48,631 nucleotides of DNA from Haplodiscus bocki (taxonomy: Eukaryota), in assembly GCA_965655095.1 (NCBI GenBank), contig OZ296654.1, positions 46,949,370-46,998,000 of the forward strand. Direction: 5' to 3'. The translations under genes and the position numbers were made by a program. The notes under the pieces are model-generated. The model made no database searches, was not told the DNA's origin, and worked only from the letters and a program-made list of their open reading frames with translations. Each line of letters begins with the position of its first letter. Positions within the stretch are counted from its first letter, which is position 1. Of the stretch, positions 23,300 to 36,687 are shown piece by piece.

Positions 23300-23999
23300 T
23301 TTTTTTGAGTTTAACCTTAAGATTTTTTTCAATTCTCTCATCTCAGAATCACTCTCATCCCGCGAAATTGATAAATCCTTCCAGGGACGTTGTATTCATA
23401 ATCATAAACATTATCAGATATTGGTCCCCCTAAATCAATAACATTAGCGAAAGTTTCTTTCTTTCCTGGAGAGTATCATTCTCATCACATTTACCATGAT
23501 CTTGAAGACAGAATTTTTTGTTATTTAATTCTGTTTTAAATTGAGCTATCACGTTATTTCTAGATTATTACACAAAATCATCTTCATCATCATCTGTGAC
23601 ATAGTCATTCAAGTTTGTAACCATCATCAAAAAAGTTTTCAAAAACCCATACACCCGTAAAACATCATTAGTTCCAGAAATCATTTCCCAAAAAGCTTTC
23701 TCAAGTCTAAAGTCTTTCATCCTCAGTTAGTTTTCTTTGTGGAAAATATGATGGCCAATATCCATCTACTTCTCTCTGTAAGTGTCTTCTAGAATAAACA
23801 TGCTTATTTCATTGTTCTTTAGTAATGAATCTTTCGCAAGGTTGACAACAGGTTTCGATAAAGAATGTCAAATACAAATTAATATATATCTGTTCAATTT
23901 TTCTTGAATAACTTTTCCATAGCCAGTGTGAATCCATCTCCTTTTTTATTAGGCTCTTCTATTTGTTGTGTATGAGTTTTTCCTGCATCGCTCTTAACC

Positions 24000-24245
24000 T
24001 GATTTCTACTCCAATGTAATTTCTAATTATTTCCTTGAAGATTATATATCTATCAATTTTTTTCTGTAAAAGTTTACCTCTATTTTTTTCAGAATATATC
24101 ATTCGTTGATTTCATATTTTATCTTTATTATCATAGTAACGTTTTAGCCCTTATATGCTGTTGCAGTCTTTACATGCTGATCCTTGTTGTAAAAATCTTC
24201 GTAGTTCTTTTAAAAAATACACAGGGTACAATTTTTAGTTTCCAT
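24000..24245 (-). pseudogene. Small Cys4 zinc-finger/basic protein
   Basis: METKNCTLC..ACKDCNS..KRYYDNKDKI. Confidence 0.5.
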
Positions 24246-24349
24246 TTGTTTTAATTGTATATTTTTTGAAAAGGTATTTTAATTCCACAAATTTTTCCCT
24301 ACTGACTGAACAGTGTACTGAACAAAAATCAAGAAGCCGAAAAACCATA

Positions 24350-27300
24350 TGGAGATAAACTAGAAAAAGAAATGAGGTTAAATACAAAAAAAAACAAAAA
24401 AAGAAACTGAAAAAAATTAATGACGACTATAAAAAATGAAAAGATCAATTACAAAAAACAAAAAAGACAAAAAAATTACAAAAAAAGCAATATGAATTAA
24501 AATAAAGAAGATCTTTAAATAGAAAATAAACCAAATCAAACAAAAAAACAGAATCAGAATGATAGAAAGCAAATAAGAGAAAGATTAATAGATGAAGATA
24601 TTCATTTAGGTAGATTCTTTGAATTAGCAACAACCAACAAAATATACGTTAACAGAAAAAATTTACATGAAAATTTGAAAAATTTTAGAAGTTCACACAG
24701 GTGATTTTGAAATGATTGGATATATGTTGGTTGGTGAAATGGAACAAAGAACAATTAATAGATTTAAAAAAATTCATGACTTTGAAACTTATATTATTGC
24801 AGTAGAGGTTGATTTCGATAAAGATGTTTTTATTTTTTCAGGATGGTTGTATAAATTAAACACACCTGTGTTTAATCAAATAAAAAGAACTCAATATGGT
24901 AGAGGTACAGCTTTTAAACAAGACATTGTTAAATTAATAGGCAATAATTCTTAAATTCCCACGAGCGGCATTTGTTTTATAAATTGTATTATTTATCTAT
25001 TTGGTAAAGATTATATGAATGAGTTTTCAATTTTAATTAAAGATAAACAAAGAAGATCAAACGTAATGAAATCTGCTAGAATTCGACCATTTTTTACAAA
25101 ATATATTATCAGGTTAGGATGTGATGATGGGTTTAGAGTATGTTCTAGAGTTATTACAGAAAAAAATTAGCCTTTTATATGTACAGAAACCTTTTCTGTT
25201 TAATTTAGAAATCAAATGGTATTAGTTTCAATAAAGCAATAAAAGAGCTCAAATTAAATTTGAAAGTTGTTGATAACATCATATCTGATGAACAAGTTAA
25301 AAGTTCTATTAGTTATGAATACAAACCTGAAAAAGTTCAATCTCAATTAACTAACAAAGTGGTTTATGTTATACAAACCTTCTGACACTGATAGAATTGT
25401 CCCCTATGCTAATTGTATATTTAGATTGAGAAAAAAATCAAGTAAATACTGTCGAGATAAAACAGACCGAGAACAAGAATGTAGAAAAGGTTGTATTGTT
25501 TTCAAAAGAACAGATAGTATTAAGGAAATGCTACACTATGTTTAACAATTCGAAGGAGAAGCTAAAAGAGTTAATCACAAAATTGTTAAAAACAACCAGA
25601 CACTAGCTGATAATTGATCTGGTTTTGATTGTTAAGTAGTAAAAAACAATCTAGTTCAATAGCAAACTGTTGTTAGTTTAATCAAAAGCGGATCAGGCAT
25701 TGTATCTTTTGAAAGACTCAACGACTATATGGATCAAAACAAAAAACAATTATCAGTATCTATATTTCAGATGTGAAAAGGTTTATATCAAGAAATCGTT
25801 AAAGAAGATAGGTATTAGTTGTAAATTACAACCAAGTTTACTCAAACAAAAAATCGATCATGATGAGATTTATGAGGAAACTTGGGAAGATGAAGAAATT
25901 GAAAGGTTACCTTATCTTAAAAATGACCTTTCATCAGCAGCTGTTAGTTATGTTAGTTATAGTAAAGGCATGGAAGAACTAACAGGATTTGGGATGAAAA
26001 ATTCGATAACTTTACTGAGTTTGGCTGATAAGTTTCTTAATAGTTTGAGAGATAAAAGCGATGAACCAATCTACACTTATGATGATGAAAATATGCGTAC
26101 TTTCGTACGACATAGCATAAAAGGCAGTAGATGTGCAGCTTGAACCCAATTTCATAAAATTACCTTTTCAGATGAAATATTAATATTAGTTCAAAAGAAC
26201 TAGACATTAATGGTAATATATGTGAAATTTAAGAAAAATAATTTGAATTTATAAATAAATAGTGATAAACAACAGAAGACGAATATGATTCACGTTTCCA
26301 AGATTATAAAGATAGCAATCAAGATGAAAAAGCAAAATATGTCAAGGATAAGCTTTGTGAAGTAACAATACATAACAAATTATAAACTTTAGATTTCGAT
26401 AATGTTATGTTGGATTTTGATGCTACTAGTTTATATCCTTCTGCTATGTTGGATGAAAATTCAGTGTATTGTAAAATAGAAATTGGATTTTCTCTCAAAC
26501 TTCGTATGAAAGATGTCTATGTTGAAGCCATTAAAAATGAAATTTTCAACCAATATGGTAATGAAAACGCAATTTTAAAAATAAAATATTACATTGCTCA
26601 TGATATTACTTTTCAACATCTTCCTGTAAAAGAAGAATTTAAAAACATAGAAGTTAACAGAATGAAAAATTGTTTTATCATTGACACTTTAACATAGGTT
26701 GATTTTCAAGAAATTGTAAAAACCGGAGGAAAAGTGAATCGAACGTACGAAGGTGTTGTTGATCAAAATTTTTAAAATAACACCATTCGGAAAAGCTATA
26801 GAAAAGTTGTTTGTTTCAAGACAAAATTATATAGACGAACAAATGATTTAATGCAAAGTTTATGTTGAATTAAATATGAATAATCTATCTGGAAATCAAA
26901 TTCGAAAAGATATTACGGAATCTTATAAATGTAAATCTGAACATTGGATGCAGACAGAGTACGATGATAATGTGTTAGATTTTTGGAAATTAGCGAAGGG
27001 AAATTATTTTGTAAAACTGAAAAAAAGATGATGGATTAAATGGTGATAATGAGATAAAAAATACCTTGCTTTCTCAATTAGGGGCTTTTTTTAATAATAG
27101 TGAACGAATTATGAATGTTTTCATTAGAGAGATCAACGGTTTTTAAAACAATAGTATGTACTACGGAGACACTGATGGGTTGTATATAGAAAAGTACGGG
27201 GATGTTTTGGATCAAGCTGGTTTAGTGGGTGGTATTTTATGTCCAGGTAAAAACGATTATGAACGGGGGGGTATTTTTACGGTTTAATCCTAGCTCCTAC

Positions 27301-27645
27301 AATAAATATTGTTTAACTATTGATGAATTGGATATTATAGAGGAACATAAAACTTTTAAAGGATTTAATGATAGTAAAAGACTTCTACATCATTCTGACT
27401 ATTTTAACTTGATAGAAGGTAAAAATTTATCAGTTATGTTTTCTCAAATTTGGAAAAAAATCTTTTAATACTGTTGTTATCATACCAGCAAAAATGAGAT
27501 TTTGTAATGAATGCAATGAAAAAATAATTTGTGATGGGATTAGTAATCAAATTAACGGAAACAAAGAAATTGAAGCTAATTTAAACCTCCTAAAAAGACA
27601 AGCTTTTATTGAATTTGATCATATGCTTCTTTATTTGAAAGAATA
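24350..27645 (+). pseudogene. Protein-primed family B DNA polymerase (pPolB)
   Basis: Exonuclease remnants SGFD and YLKND; RHSIKGSRC; motif A DFDATSLYPSAM; degenerate motif B MNNLSG; motif C YYGDTDGLY; KYCL; TFKGF. Confidence 0.95.
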
Positions 27646-27726
27646 ATTTTAGTGGCAACCTTTCTTACTATTTCATCTATTATAGTTTGTTTTTTTTTCT
27701 TTTTTTATATACGTCAGCTAGTTTTT

Positions 27727-27993
27727 TTAATTTCTCGAGGGTGTGTTTTTTAAATTACGTTCAACTGACCAACAAGTTAGGCAACTTATTTCTCTAGTAT
27801 TAGCCGTCTTAAAATCGTTTTGACACAAGTTACATGTAACAAAAGTTCTTTGTAATTGATGTTGAGAACATTTATTTTTTGTAAACTCTATATATTTTTC
27901 GCGTTCATAGCAATAAAGTAATTGAAACCAATCAGGAATTGTTTTTTTCATCATCATCATCGATATTATGATAAGGCTCGTTTGTGTATTCAT
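27727..27993 (-). CDS. Small Cys-rich (CxxC..CxxC) ORF next to the right TIR; may be partial or pseudogenised
   Basis: ORF track: CNLC..CLTC. Confidence 0.35.
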   Translation of the reverse strand: MNTQTSLIIISMMMMKKTIPDWFQLLYCYEREKYIEFTKNKCSQHQLQRTFVTCNLCQNDFKTANTREISCLTCWSVERNLKNTPSRN

Positions 27994-28108
27994 TATTGTC
28001 TTCAGTTGAAAAGCACTATCCTGGAGAACTTACCTAATGACTACCGAAGCTCACTTAAATATTTAAATAGAAGTTCATTTTTCGAAATGTTTTTTTGAAG
28101 AGGAAGAT

Positions 28109-28437
28109 ATGATGATGACAAAGGCAGGGGGACGTTGCTAACAGTGAACCCTAGATACTATGACTATAAATCAGGCATAGTTGTAACTTTAGCCTATGTC
28201 ATAAATACAACTCGGCTATAGGAGATAGAATGTAAAGAGAGAAAGTAGAATAAGTATACATATTCTGTTATTTGGACATAATTGATAGCGGTGAATTTTT
28301 CAACCTCGTGTATTATGTCGACATGAATGGTAGTGGTATTTTTTCAGTCTCAGATATACGCATATTGTATTATGTCGACATGACTGGTAGTGCAGTCTCG
28401 CTTACAATGAAAATGTGCGCGTGCAACAATTTTGTTC
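28109..28437 (-). repeat. Right TIR of element B, outer ~180 bp missing here
   Basis: Reverse complement of 14060-14388. Confidence 0.9.
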
Positions 28438-30849
28438 AGTAATCCAGCAGAAAAATCTGTGAGAAGTGATATGCTAACCATCAATTTAAGGAAGTCCTCA
28501 CTACATTGGTATATTGGTAGTGATCACGGAATGCCCTTTTAAGGCGGTTTGTTTTAATAAAAAATTCCAGCAAACTATTAAACTAAAGACGTTGTATGTG
28601 CATTCGAGAATCATGAGGCTAGTGGGAAGTTGCAAAATCAATCCAAAAAACACTTGAGTGACGGAGAACAAATAAATGATTCGTCCTTTAACGCGATCAG
28701 TCCGACTTATCTGAAATACTGTGCTCATTGACATTGAGTAAACCAGCAAATAGACTTCATTGTTCTAGTGCACGTACAGACGAGACGTGAGTGCCCTATT
28801 CTCGATTTTTACTGAATTTCGTAAGCAGTTTTTAGAAATGAACCCGAAAATGAAAATTGTGGAGCCTGTTTTTCTGAAAGTTTCCGATTTGAGCATCTTA
28901 GTAAAGGAGCGCGCGTGAAGATCACTGCTCGCAGGCATCTTCACCAGAAAGACTTCAGAAGTGGTTTGCGAAACGGAACAAACAACTGCTTTTTTTGCCA
29001 TGCCAAGATCCACAAATTGTGTTGAAAAACTCAGTAACAGACGTAGCAGGAAGTGTGAACCTTCGGATTTTTTCTGGCGGACTCCGACACAGGATCCCAT
29101 AGTAGTTCTCGTTATTCAAGCAGCTCCTAATTTACGAAAAACAAGAAGCCTAGCCAAAACGGAACATCTGATGTCTTGCATTCTATCACATGTGAAACGA
29201 GATTGGTCATCTGCCGGAACTTGATCAAAAACAGCACCACGAGTTTTACGTTTTGCAACCGGTAAAGGAGGATACAAGATAAAAGTCTGATTTGGCAATC
29301 AGAAAAGTTACTGTCGTGGCAAACCAACTGCTTTCTTTTAGAGGCCACCGATGGTCGCCAAAGTAGATAATGAAAAAGAGGATGAAGGCAAAGTGTGGAA
29401 AAAAATGAAGGCACGCAAAAGTTTCGGAGTTGGATTGATGCAGCAATTAGATGAAAATGATTTGAACGTCTTTTGAAAATTTTGACGTTTTTGCCAATTT
29501 GTTTAGTTTTCGAGAAGCAGTTTTCTATTACACCCCCTTCAAATGTAAATTGAATGTATTTAACCAGAGTGTTTTTCGTAAATAGTTTTTTAATTACTCG
29601 TGCGAGTCGCAACTAGTTCAGTAATAAGTAACTTTGAAAAAGCGACAGTTTGATTGCTATGGCCCCTTTGTACACAGTTTAATATGCAGACAAAGTGAAA
29701 GGATGGTACATGTACATGAAGGTGAGGTGAAAATTTGTTTATTACGGCAAAAGTTGTTTATTTGACAGTTTCGTGAATACTCACTAAAATCTACGGTTTC
29801 TGGACGATGAGGTGAATGTTGTAGACCATTGGTGGGCAAGAAAGGTCGTAATAACAGAATGAACGAAGTTAAAATTTCTATACACAACTTTGGAAACAAC
29901 CCTGTTCTCATTTTAGAGTAAAAACCTTCTTAAAACAACAATCAGAGCGCATTGCAGAAATACTCTACAAACACTGTTTACAAAAATCAACAGAGCTTCA
30001 GTCACTGCATTTTTTTTCAACCAAATCTCTTTTTAAACTTATTTGTAACGTTTTCGTAGAAGTAAAGGCTTTCTTTGAGACTTTTTCACTGGTTACAGCA
30101 GTGGGGTTCAGGATAAAATTTGATTCGCGAGAAGCCTACAATTGACGAAAAAGTGTAACGTGATGTTTATTTGGAGCTTCAGCACACTTACGACTACCAA
30201 TTCTTGAGAGTTTTCAGTTTTGTCAGGATGAGCAATCTTGAACCGATTCGCAATCAATGTTCCGATTGGATGACGGTAGCCTTCGTATTGGTGTCTATCA
30301 ACCAAACTACATTCTATTGCGTATTTTCTATCATCTTCACCGAAACTAACTCTCATCTTCCACCCAAATCCATTATTTCAACCAAATATTCCTCAAATAC
30401 AGCCTTAAAAATCCCAGTTTTTCACTAAATCAACAAATAAACCTTCCTTAAGCCATAAATTTAATGGTTAAGGATGTAAGCCTATAAATTTTTAAATGCA
30501 TCCATATATTTGAAAATTTTTAATGAATTTGTAGGTATTGGAAAAGAGATTGAGGGGCAGTAGGATGTGGTTTGGCTGTTCGACAAAAATATTGGGGCTA
30601 CTTGGTGTGAAATTTTCGGATCCTCTAAGTGCCTAAAAGCATATATCCATGTTCACCAATAAGCCCCAAGCCAACTAGAAACCTTTTTCCGTGTTCATCA
30701 ATAACTCCCAGGCCAGTAGAAACCTTTGTTTTTGTTCATACATATGAAAAACACTTGAAAAAAAAATTAAATTGATGACGTTTTTGAATTACTTTTCTAG
30801 AGGAGCTGCTGTATTATAAGAAACTGAATATGAAACCATTTTTGTTTCA

Positions 30850-33200
30850 AATGGGTAAAAAACAGTTGAAAGGATGTATTTATCAAAGAAACGTATTCTA
30901 GATCTGGAAAAGAACTACGTTAATAGTAATATTGTGGCAAACATATTGACAATACTTGAAGTTTACTAGACCTGACAGATTACGTATATAGAAATGTTGG
31001 AGGATATAGATAAATCTGAGGTTAAATTGACAGTTTCAATAATATTGCACAAGCAGTTTCTGCGAAAAAAAGTCTGTATCAAAAACAAACGAATTTTGGA
31101 TACTTTTTACGAAGAAAAACGTAAACTAAGCCTAATTGAGACAATTGAAGGAAAAAAAACTAAAATTGTGCTTTTCAAAAAGTTCTCAAGGAGTAAAGAG
31201 CAAAAAAAAGTTCTACATTTATTTCCAAGGGGGCAGTGTTTCTCGAAAGATTTATTTCAAAAATGTTTATTCTTAAGGACCAGTTTTTACAAAGAAAAAG
31301 CAAACTGGATTGACGAATTTCCTTGTGGAAAAAAAACTTTAAAATGAACTAAGATTAACAAAAATGACACCAATGAAAGCACGAATGGCAGCACCATTAA
31401 ATTCTAACAAAAGTGAAGAATGCAACAAAATCAACAACAATTGGAAAGAAAATGTAACCAAAATTTAAGATCGTTGATTTGGTAAGAAAAAATAAACCTG
31501 TTTTACTTTTGCTAAACGGGATACTACAGCTTGGGGCTATGAACTTTAAGCTATATCAAACCTAATAGGATTTACAAAACCAACTTCTCACTTGGAGACA
31601 TCTCCGCAAAGCTAAAGTGAAGCTTTACTAAACCTACTAACAGTTTTATCAAAATCCCAAAAAACAATGTAATTGGAAAACTGAACTTATCTTTAATTTA
31701 TCAAGTTTTACTAAAGAAAGACCAACGGCTAAGTTTTCTAAAAACCGCTGTAATTCTGATAGAGAATACAAAAAAGTAAGTTTTAATAGACATAGGAAGT
31801 AAGAAAATATATTTACTCGAAACAAGTAGAAAAACACAATTTTATTAAAGTAGAAAAGCTTATAATTCAGAAGATAGTAGTTTTGAATGCCAAATCGAAA
31901 ACTAAAGAAATATGTTGCCTGAAACAATGAAGTCAAAAACAACCAAGAATAACCTAAAAAAATCATATTTTTTGCTTGTTAACCTATTTCTAGAAAAAGC
32001 TGATAAGTTCTGGTTGTGTGAAGTTTGCAATTTGAATGTGAGAGAATCAAAGGACGTACATGAATTACCACCAAAAAATTTCGAAAAGACAATTCAATCA
32101 AATGTTTTTCCCAAATCAAAATTTTCTACTTCGACAGATGATGACGAAAAAGAAAAGACTACCGATTATAAATTTGAATGAAACTTATCCAAAAAGTCTT
32201 GTTGTTTTAATGCTTAGTTTGTTTCATAAAAATTTTTCGAGGGGTGAGCGTGACTTTTCGAGCCAAGGTTTTCAATAAAGTTCGAAGGTTTTTTTTTGTA
32301 AAAATTGTAATCGAGAAGCAACAAATTGAGAAAACGATTATTTTTTTGAAAATTACTTCGAGAACCTTTTTGAATGTATTGCAAAAAAATCGTTATTTAC
32401 TGTAGTATGTATGTTGAAAAAAAAACTCCTTTAATGGAACTCCTTTAATTACGGAACTCTTTTAAGTATTCTGGAAATGGGTGCATTTAGATAGGAACTT
32501 GTTTAGATAGTCTTTCTGAATCGCATTGTGTTGTATGTGAAACCTATCCTTATAATAGGAGATTTAGTAAGCGTTTTTCAACCATCAAGCATTTCTCCAA
32601 ACTGGAAAAAGTTTGACATAGTACAGCTGGAATCAACTTCTCCAAGTCAACGAATGTCAACATTTGAGAGATCATTTTTTGAAGCGGTTTATAATAGAAA
32701 CTTTGAAAGTTTTAAGGGGAGTTGCTTAGGGGAATTTCGTAAAAAAATTGAATGGGATATGGAGAAGTAAAAAAATTGAAAGAAAAACAAGAAACCATTG
32801 AAAAATTCATTCCAGGAAAAAATTAAAATGAGCAAACTGTAGCCATTGTTGACTTTATCTTAAGGGAGAAATTTGAAAAAAATTATGTTAATAGTCTTCA
32901 TCATGACTATTCAGAAGATCATCGGAGGGATAGAAAAAGTACTGAACATCATGATACAATGAAGAAGCTGAAGTTAGTAAAATTTTTGTGATGATTGAAA
33001 AATGTTTACAAAGAGAATGATTTGAAGATCCCATCGTTCACAAGACTACATTACATACAAACGATACTGATGAAAGGCATGATATTGAAACTTCAAGTAA
33101 AAACGGAAGTGATTATGAGGCTTAGATGGAAGAGGTCAATGAAAACTAAACAAATGAAAATAAGAATAACTGAGAAACAAAATAGTATTTATGGGACAAT
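30850..33200 (+). pseudogene. Unidentified decayed coding region with several CxxC motifs
   Basis: Plus-strand ORF fragments with CEVC, CKNC and CVVC..H; no family recognised. Confidence 0.3.
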
Positions 33201-33456
33201 AATGCACAAACCTAGCTACCTAAAAGCTAACGTAATAACGTAATCAGTCGCCAATTNNNNNNNNNNNNNNNNNNNNNNNNNNNNNNNNNNNNNNNNNNNN
33301 NNNNNNNNNNNNNNNNNNNNNNNNNNNNNNNNNNNNNNNNNNNNNNNNNNNNNNNNNNNNNNNNNNNNNNNNNNNNNNNNNNNNNNNNNNNNNNNNNNNN
33401 NNNNNNNNNNNNNNNNNNNNNNNNNNNNNNNNNNNNNNNNNNNNNNNNNNNNNNNN

Positions 33457-34310
33457 CGATTCGGTGGCGCTATGATACAAGAGCGAGAGATTTGTAATAT
33501 CATTAAAACTTACTTTAACCCCATTCAGGAGAGCGTATTTGGTGCTCTTAGATTTCTCGGGATTCCGGTTCAAAGTAATGTGCATACACAATACGGGTGC
33601 AAATAATAAAATACATTTTGTGGAGCTCTTAGACAGTCTCCTGGAGCAAAAATCAACTGAACGAGTTCCAACCATAATTTGCGGAGATATCAACATGGAC
33701 ATACTAGCAAACAACTTATTGAAGTCAATATATTTTAATGTTATTGAATCCAATGGTTCCAAAAAAATGTTTTATGAGCCAACCAGAATAACACAAGCAT
33801 CAAGAGCATGTATACATCATGTGATTACGCAGAACATTCAATTCAATGTGAATTCTCTAGAACAACGGAGTTTTTCCGATCACGAAGCACTTTGGGTAGC
33901 ACGGCCTCAATTGTGACGTACTACAGAACTACAGAAGTTATTCGTTTTTGAAAAACAATCAGGGTTTTTGAGCGTTATTTGCAAATTCTGGCGAACGAAT
34001 TATCCGGAGCCCAGAATTGTGTTAAAAACATTGATGACCTAAACATGGCAGTTGATTATTTTCAACAGAAGTTTTTGAAAGTAACTCACACCTTTGCGCC
34101 CTGTAGAGAATGATCCAAGAAAACTGCAAAATTACCTGAAAAGCTAATTAGTTCAACAACCGGGTGAAAAGTTTGATCAGCAAGAGAAATAAAAATCATA
34201 AACAATGGAAAAATAACGAATCGGGCCATAATTTTTCCTACAAAAATTCAAAGATATCAGACAGAAGAGAGACCGAGATCAAATGGGCAAAAAAATCCAT
34301 TGTCAAACAA
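33457..34310 (+). mobile_element. Non-LTR retrotransposon (CR1/L2-like LINE) ORF2 fragment: APE endonuclease plus linker, flanked by gaps
   Basis: IICGDINMD, EPTRIT, CIHHV (IDH-like) and SDHEA motifs. Confidence 0.9.
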
Positions 34311-34979
34311 NNNNNNNNNNNNNNNNNNNNNNNNNNNNNNNNNNNNNNNNNNNNNNNNNNNNNNNNNNNNNNNNNNNNNNNNNNNNNNNNNNNNNNNNNN
34401 NNNNNNNNNNNNNNNNNNNNNNNNNNNNNNNNNNNNNNNNNNNNNNNNNNNNNNNNNNNNNNNNNNNNNNNNNNNNNNNNNNNNNNNNNNNNNNNNNNNN
34501 NNNNNNNNNNGTGAGAAGCACCATCGATGAGAAGTTCAAGCGTTGAGGGAGACTGCGCGACAGTTGTTCCATGATAAGATTGGCTTGAACACCGACGTTT
34601 TCGGGGGGATGAACTATAGCGGGGCTCTACTGAAACGGGTGACGGGGTACGGCGTTTGTGGTCAAAGGGCCTTGTTGAAAAAGGTGGACTAGACAGGCAC
34701 GCAGAGGTGGCGAAAGGAGGGCGTGTTGAAGAAGAGGTACGATTGGGGAAGAAAACCAGAACAGTGGCCAGAGACGGACTCGGAAGAAAAATTGGGTGGT
34801 TAAATGGGACAGGAGACGTCGTTTGAAGTGCAAAAGTAAAAGGTAAGAAGGTTTAACTATGCTGTGAGTGATTGAAATCGGGAACTGGATGTGTTTGGTA
34901 ACCGGTAGTGTGGGTAGTTGGTCGCGTTTGGACATCAGACGCAACTGGTAATGGGCCATGCAATCGTTTCATGCAACCA

Positions 34980-36210
34980 TAGTGTACAACTTGGACCCTG
35001 CCGGTAGTAATTTCTCCGATTTGATAATTAACGTCATTTAAACATTTTAAAAATTAGTTCAACTCAGGGCCGCGCAACGGACTGGATAGTTTTAGACTTT
35101 TTCCGACTGGAACAACGGAGTAGTGTAGTAGAACACGTTCGCCTTCGTTGTGGTGGAACCCTGTACACGTTTGTTGAACAGATTGCTGCGACCAAAATGC
35201 TGAGCAGTAGCATTGCGTCAAACAGGCTCAAAATTTCGGCGGAAAGCTTCTTCTTTCTCCAAGACCCAATAATGGACATCAATTAGTGTCGTGGACAGAA
35301 GAGGTGGATATATTAGGTCTAAAGGTAAAGAAATTTCATGCCCGAAAACCAAACAATGAGGGGTGAAACCGGTGGATTCGTGAACAGACGATCGATAAGC
35401 CATTAGAACGTATGGTAGTTTAACAGACCAATTTGCCTGGTCCTCGTCGATGCATTTGGCAAGTTCTGTTTGTTCTGTAGATGACGCAAATTGACTGAGG
35501 ATGAAAAGCGGTTGTTCTCGTTTCGTCGATTTCAGGTTTCTTTGAAGATTCGCGAAAAGTTGAGACTCGAAGTTGATGCCACAATCGGTGTGGATGCTGT
35601 ACGGGCAACCAGAGCGACAAATCCAGCGCTCAAGAAGAGCATCACTCGCAGTAGCTGAAGTCTGATCTGGGAGGGATTAGCCTCATACAAATTAGTGAAA
35701 CTATCACTTATCAATAATTTATAACGACATCCATTTGAAGTAGATAAGGGGCAGAAGAGACCGAGACCAATGTGATGGAACAGGTTACTAATTTTCCAAA
35801 CAACGAGCGAATGTTGGTGCTTCTGTGGAGAACCAGATCGTTTCCGGCATTTATCGTAGCGACGGATGTGATGTTTTACATCAGATTTGAAACCAGTCCA
35901 ATAAAGACATTGGCTAGTTTTCGAGAGGGTTTCCTAAGCACCCAATGTCCGGCGGTCACTGAGTTATGTTGTGAGCTGATTACTTCAGCGAGTTGCGACG
36001 TAGGAACGATTTCCTGTGGATAAGCTAAACTACCAACCGTGGGCTAAAATTTACCACAAAGAATACCATCATTTAAGTATAAACTACCCAATTGCTTTCA
36101 CATTGGCCATCTCAAGCTAGGAAAGCCTTGAAGGTCGTTTTGTGTAGGAATTATTCTCTGTCTAACCCAACGACGCACATGTTTCAATGACTCGTCGGCT
36201 TCCAGTGACT
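34980..36210 (-). pseudogene. Gypsy integrase (zinc-binding domain plus DDE core)
   Basis: HNSVTAGHW..KTLA; TTAFHPQS; LMAYRSSVHESTGFTP. Confidence 0.85.
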
Positions 36211-36276
36211 GGGCTAACTCAATAGTTGTTCATGTTCAACGCGAATGTCGTTCTGTTCGTCGCTCTGACTAGGGAA

Positions 36277-36687
36277 AATATAAACCACGACATGCACTGG
36301 GGAAATTCGAAACCTTTCCTGGATGAGGAGCTTAAATTTATCCCAGTCTAATTGGTCCAATCCTATTCCAATGCAACGCATACTACTTATGGAGATAATG
36401 CTGTGCTCAGCGTGTGCTCGCATTCTCTCTAAGTAAGCTCGAAATGTGCTATACGTTGGCTGATTGAAGTATTCCTGTATCCATACTAAATGATACATAA
36501 AACGGCGTGTTTCTGGTAACCACTGGAGCCATAGCGGAGTGTTAAAATGGTCAAGATCGGAGGGGCATTTCGTAGGGATTTTGCATTTAAATTGCCGGGC
36601 AACCCCCGCAGATATTTTGAAATCATTTGAGACGCAGTGAGCAATACTGTCTTTGGAGTCAAGGGTATTCCTGATTACTTTTTCGTA
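36277..36687 (-). CDS. TARG1/OARD1 (Poa1p-like) macrodomain inside Gypsy pol
   Basis: IAHCVSNDFKISAGVARQFK ... FMYHLV ... PTYSTFR..LERM..H ... SMRCIGIGLDQLDW, in frame after the RNase H C-terminal motif HRQSKSIGHSEGLS. Confidence 0.88.

Larger units (their letters stand above)
13879..28437 (+). mobile_element. Polinton/Maverick (adintovirus-like) element B, near-complete, pseudogenised
   Basis: TIRs plus pPolB, rve integrase, ATPase, adenain, major capsid and penton genes, the diagnostic Polinton gene set. Confidence 0.95.

Noticed and set aside
29545-29630. Possible displaced outer part of the right TIR
   Set aside because: Only scattered short matches (ACTAGTT, CGAGT, AAAAACACT) and no TATTGCG core; 13522-13749 explains the missing piece better
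30650-30740. ~41-bp imperfect tandem duplication
   Set aside because: Two units only; an ordinary local duplication
33216-34572. ORFs containing runs of X
   Set aside because: Artefacts of translating through N gaps
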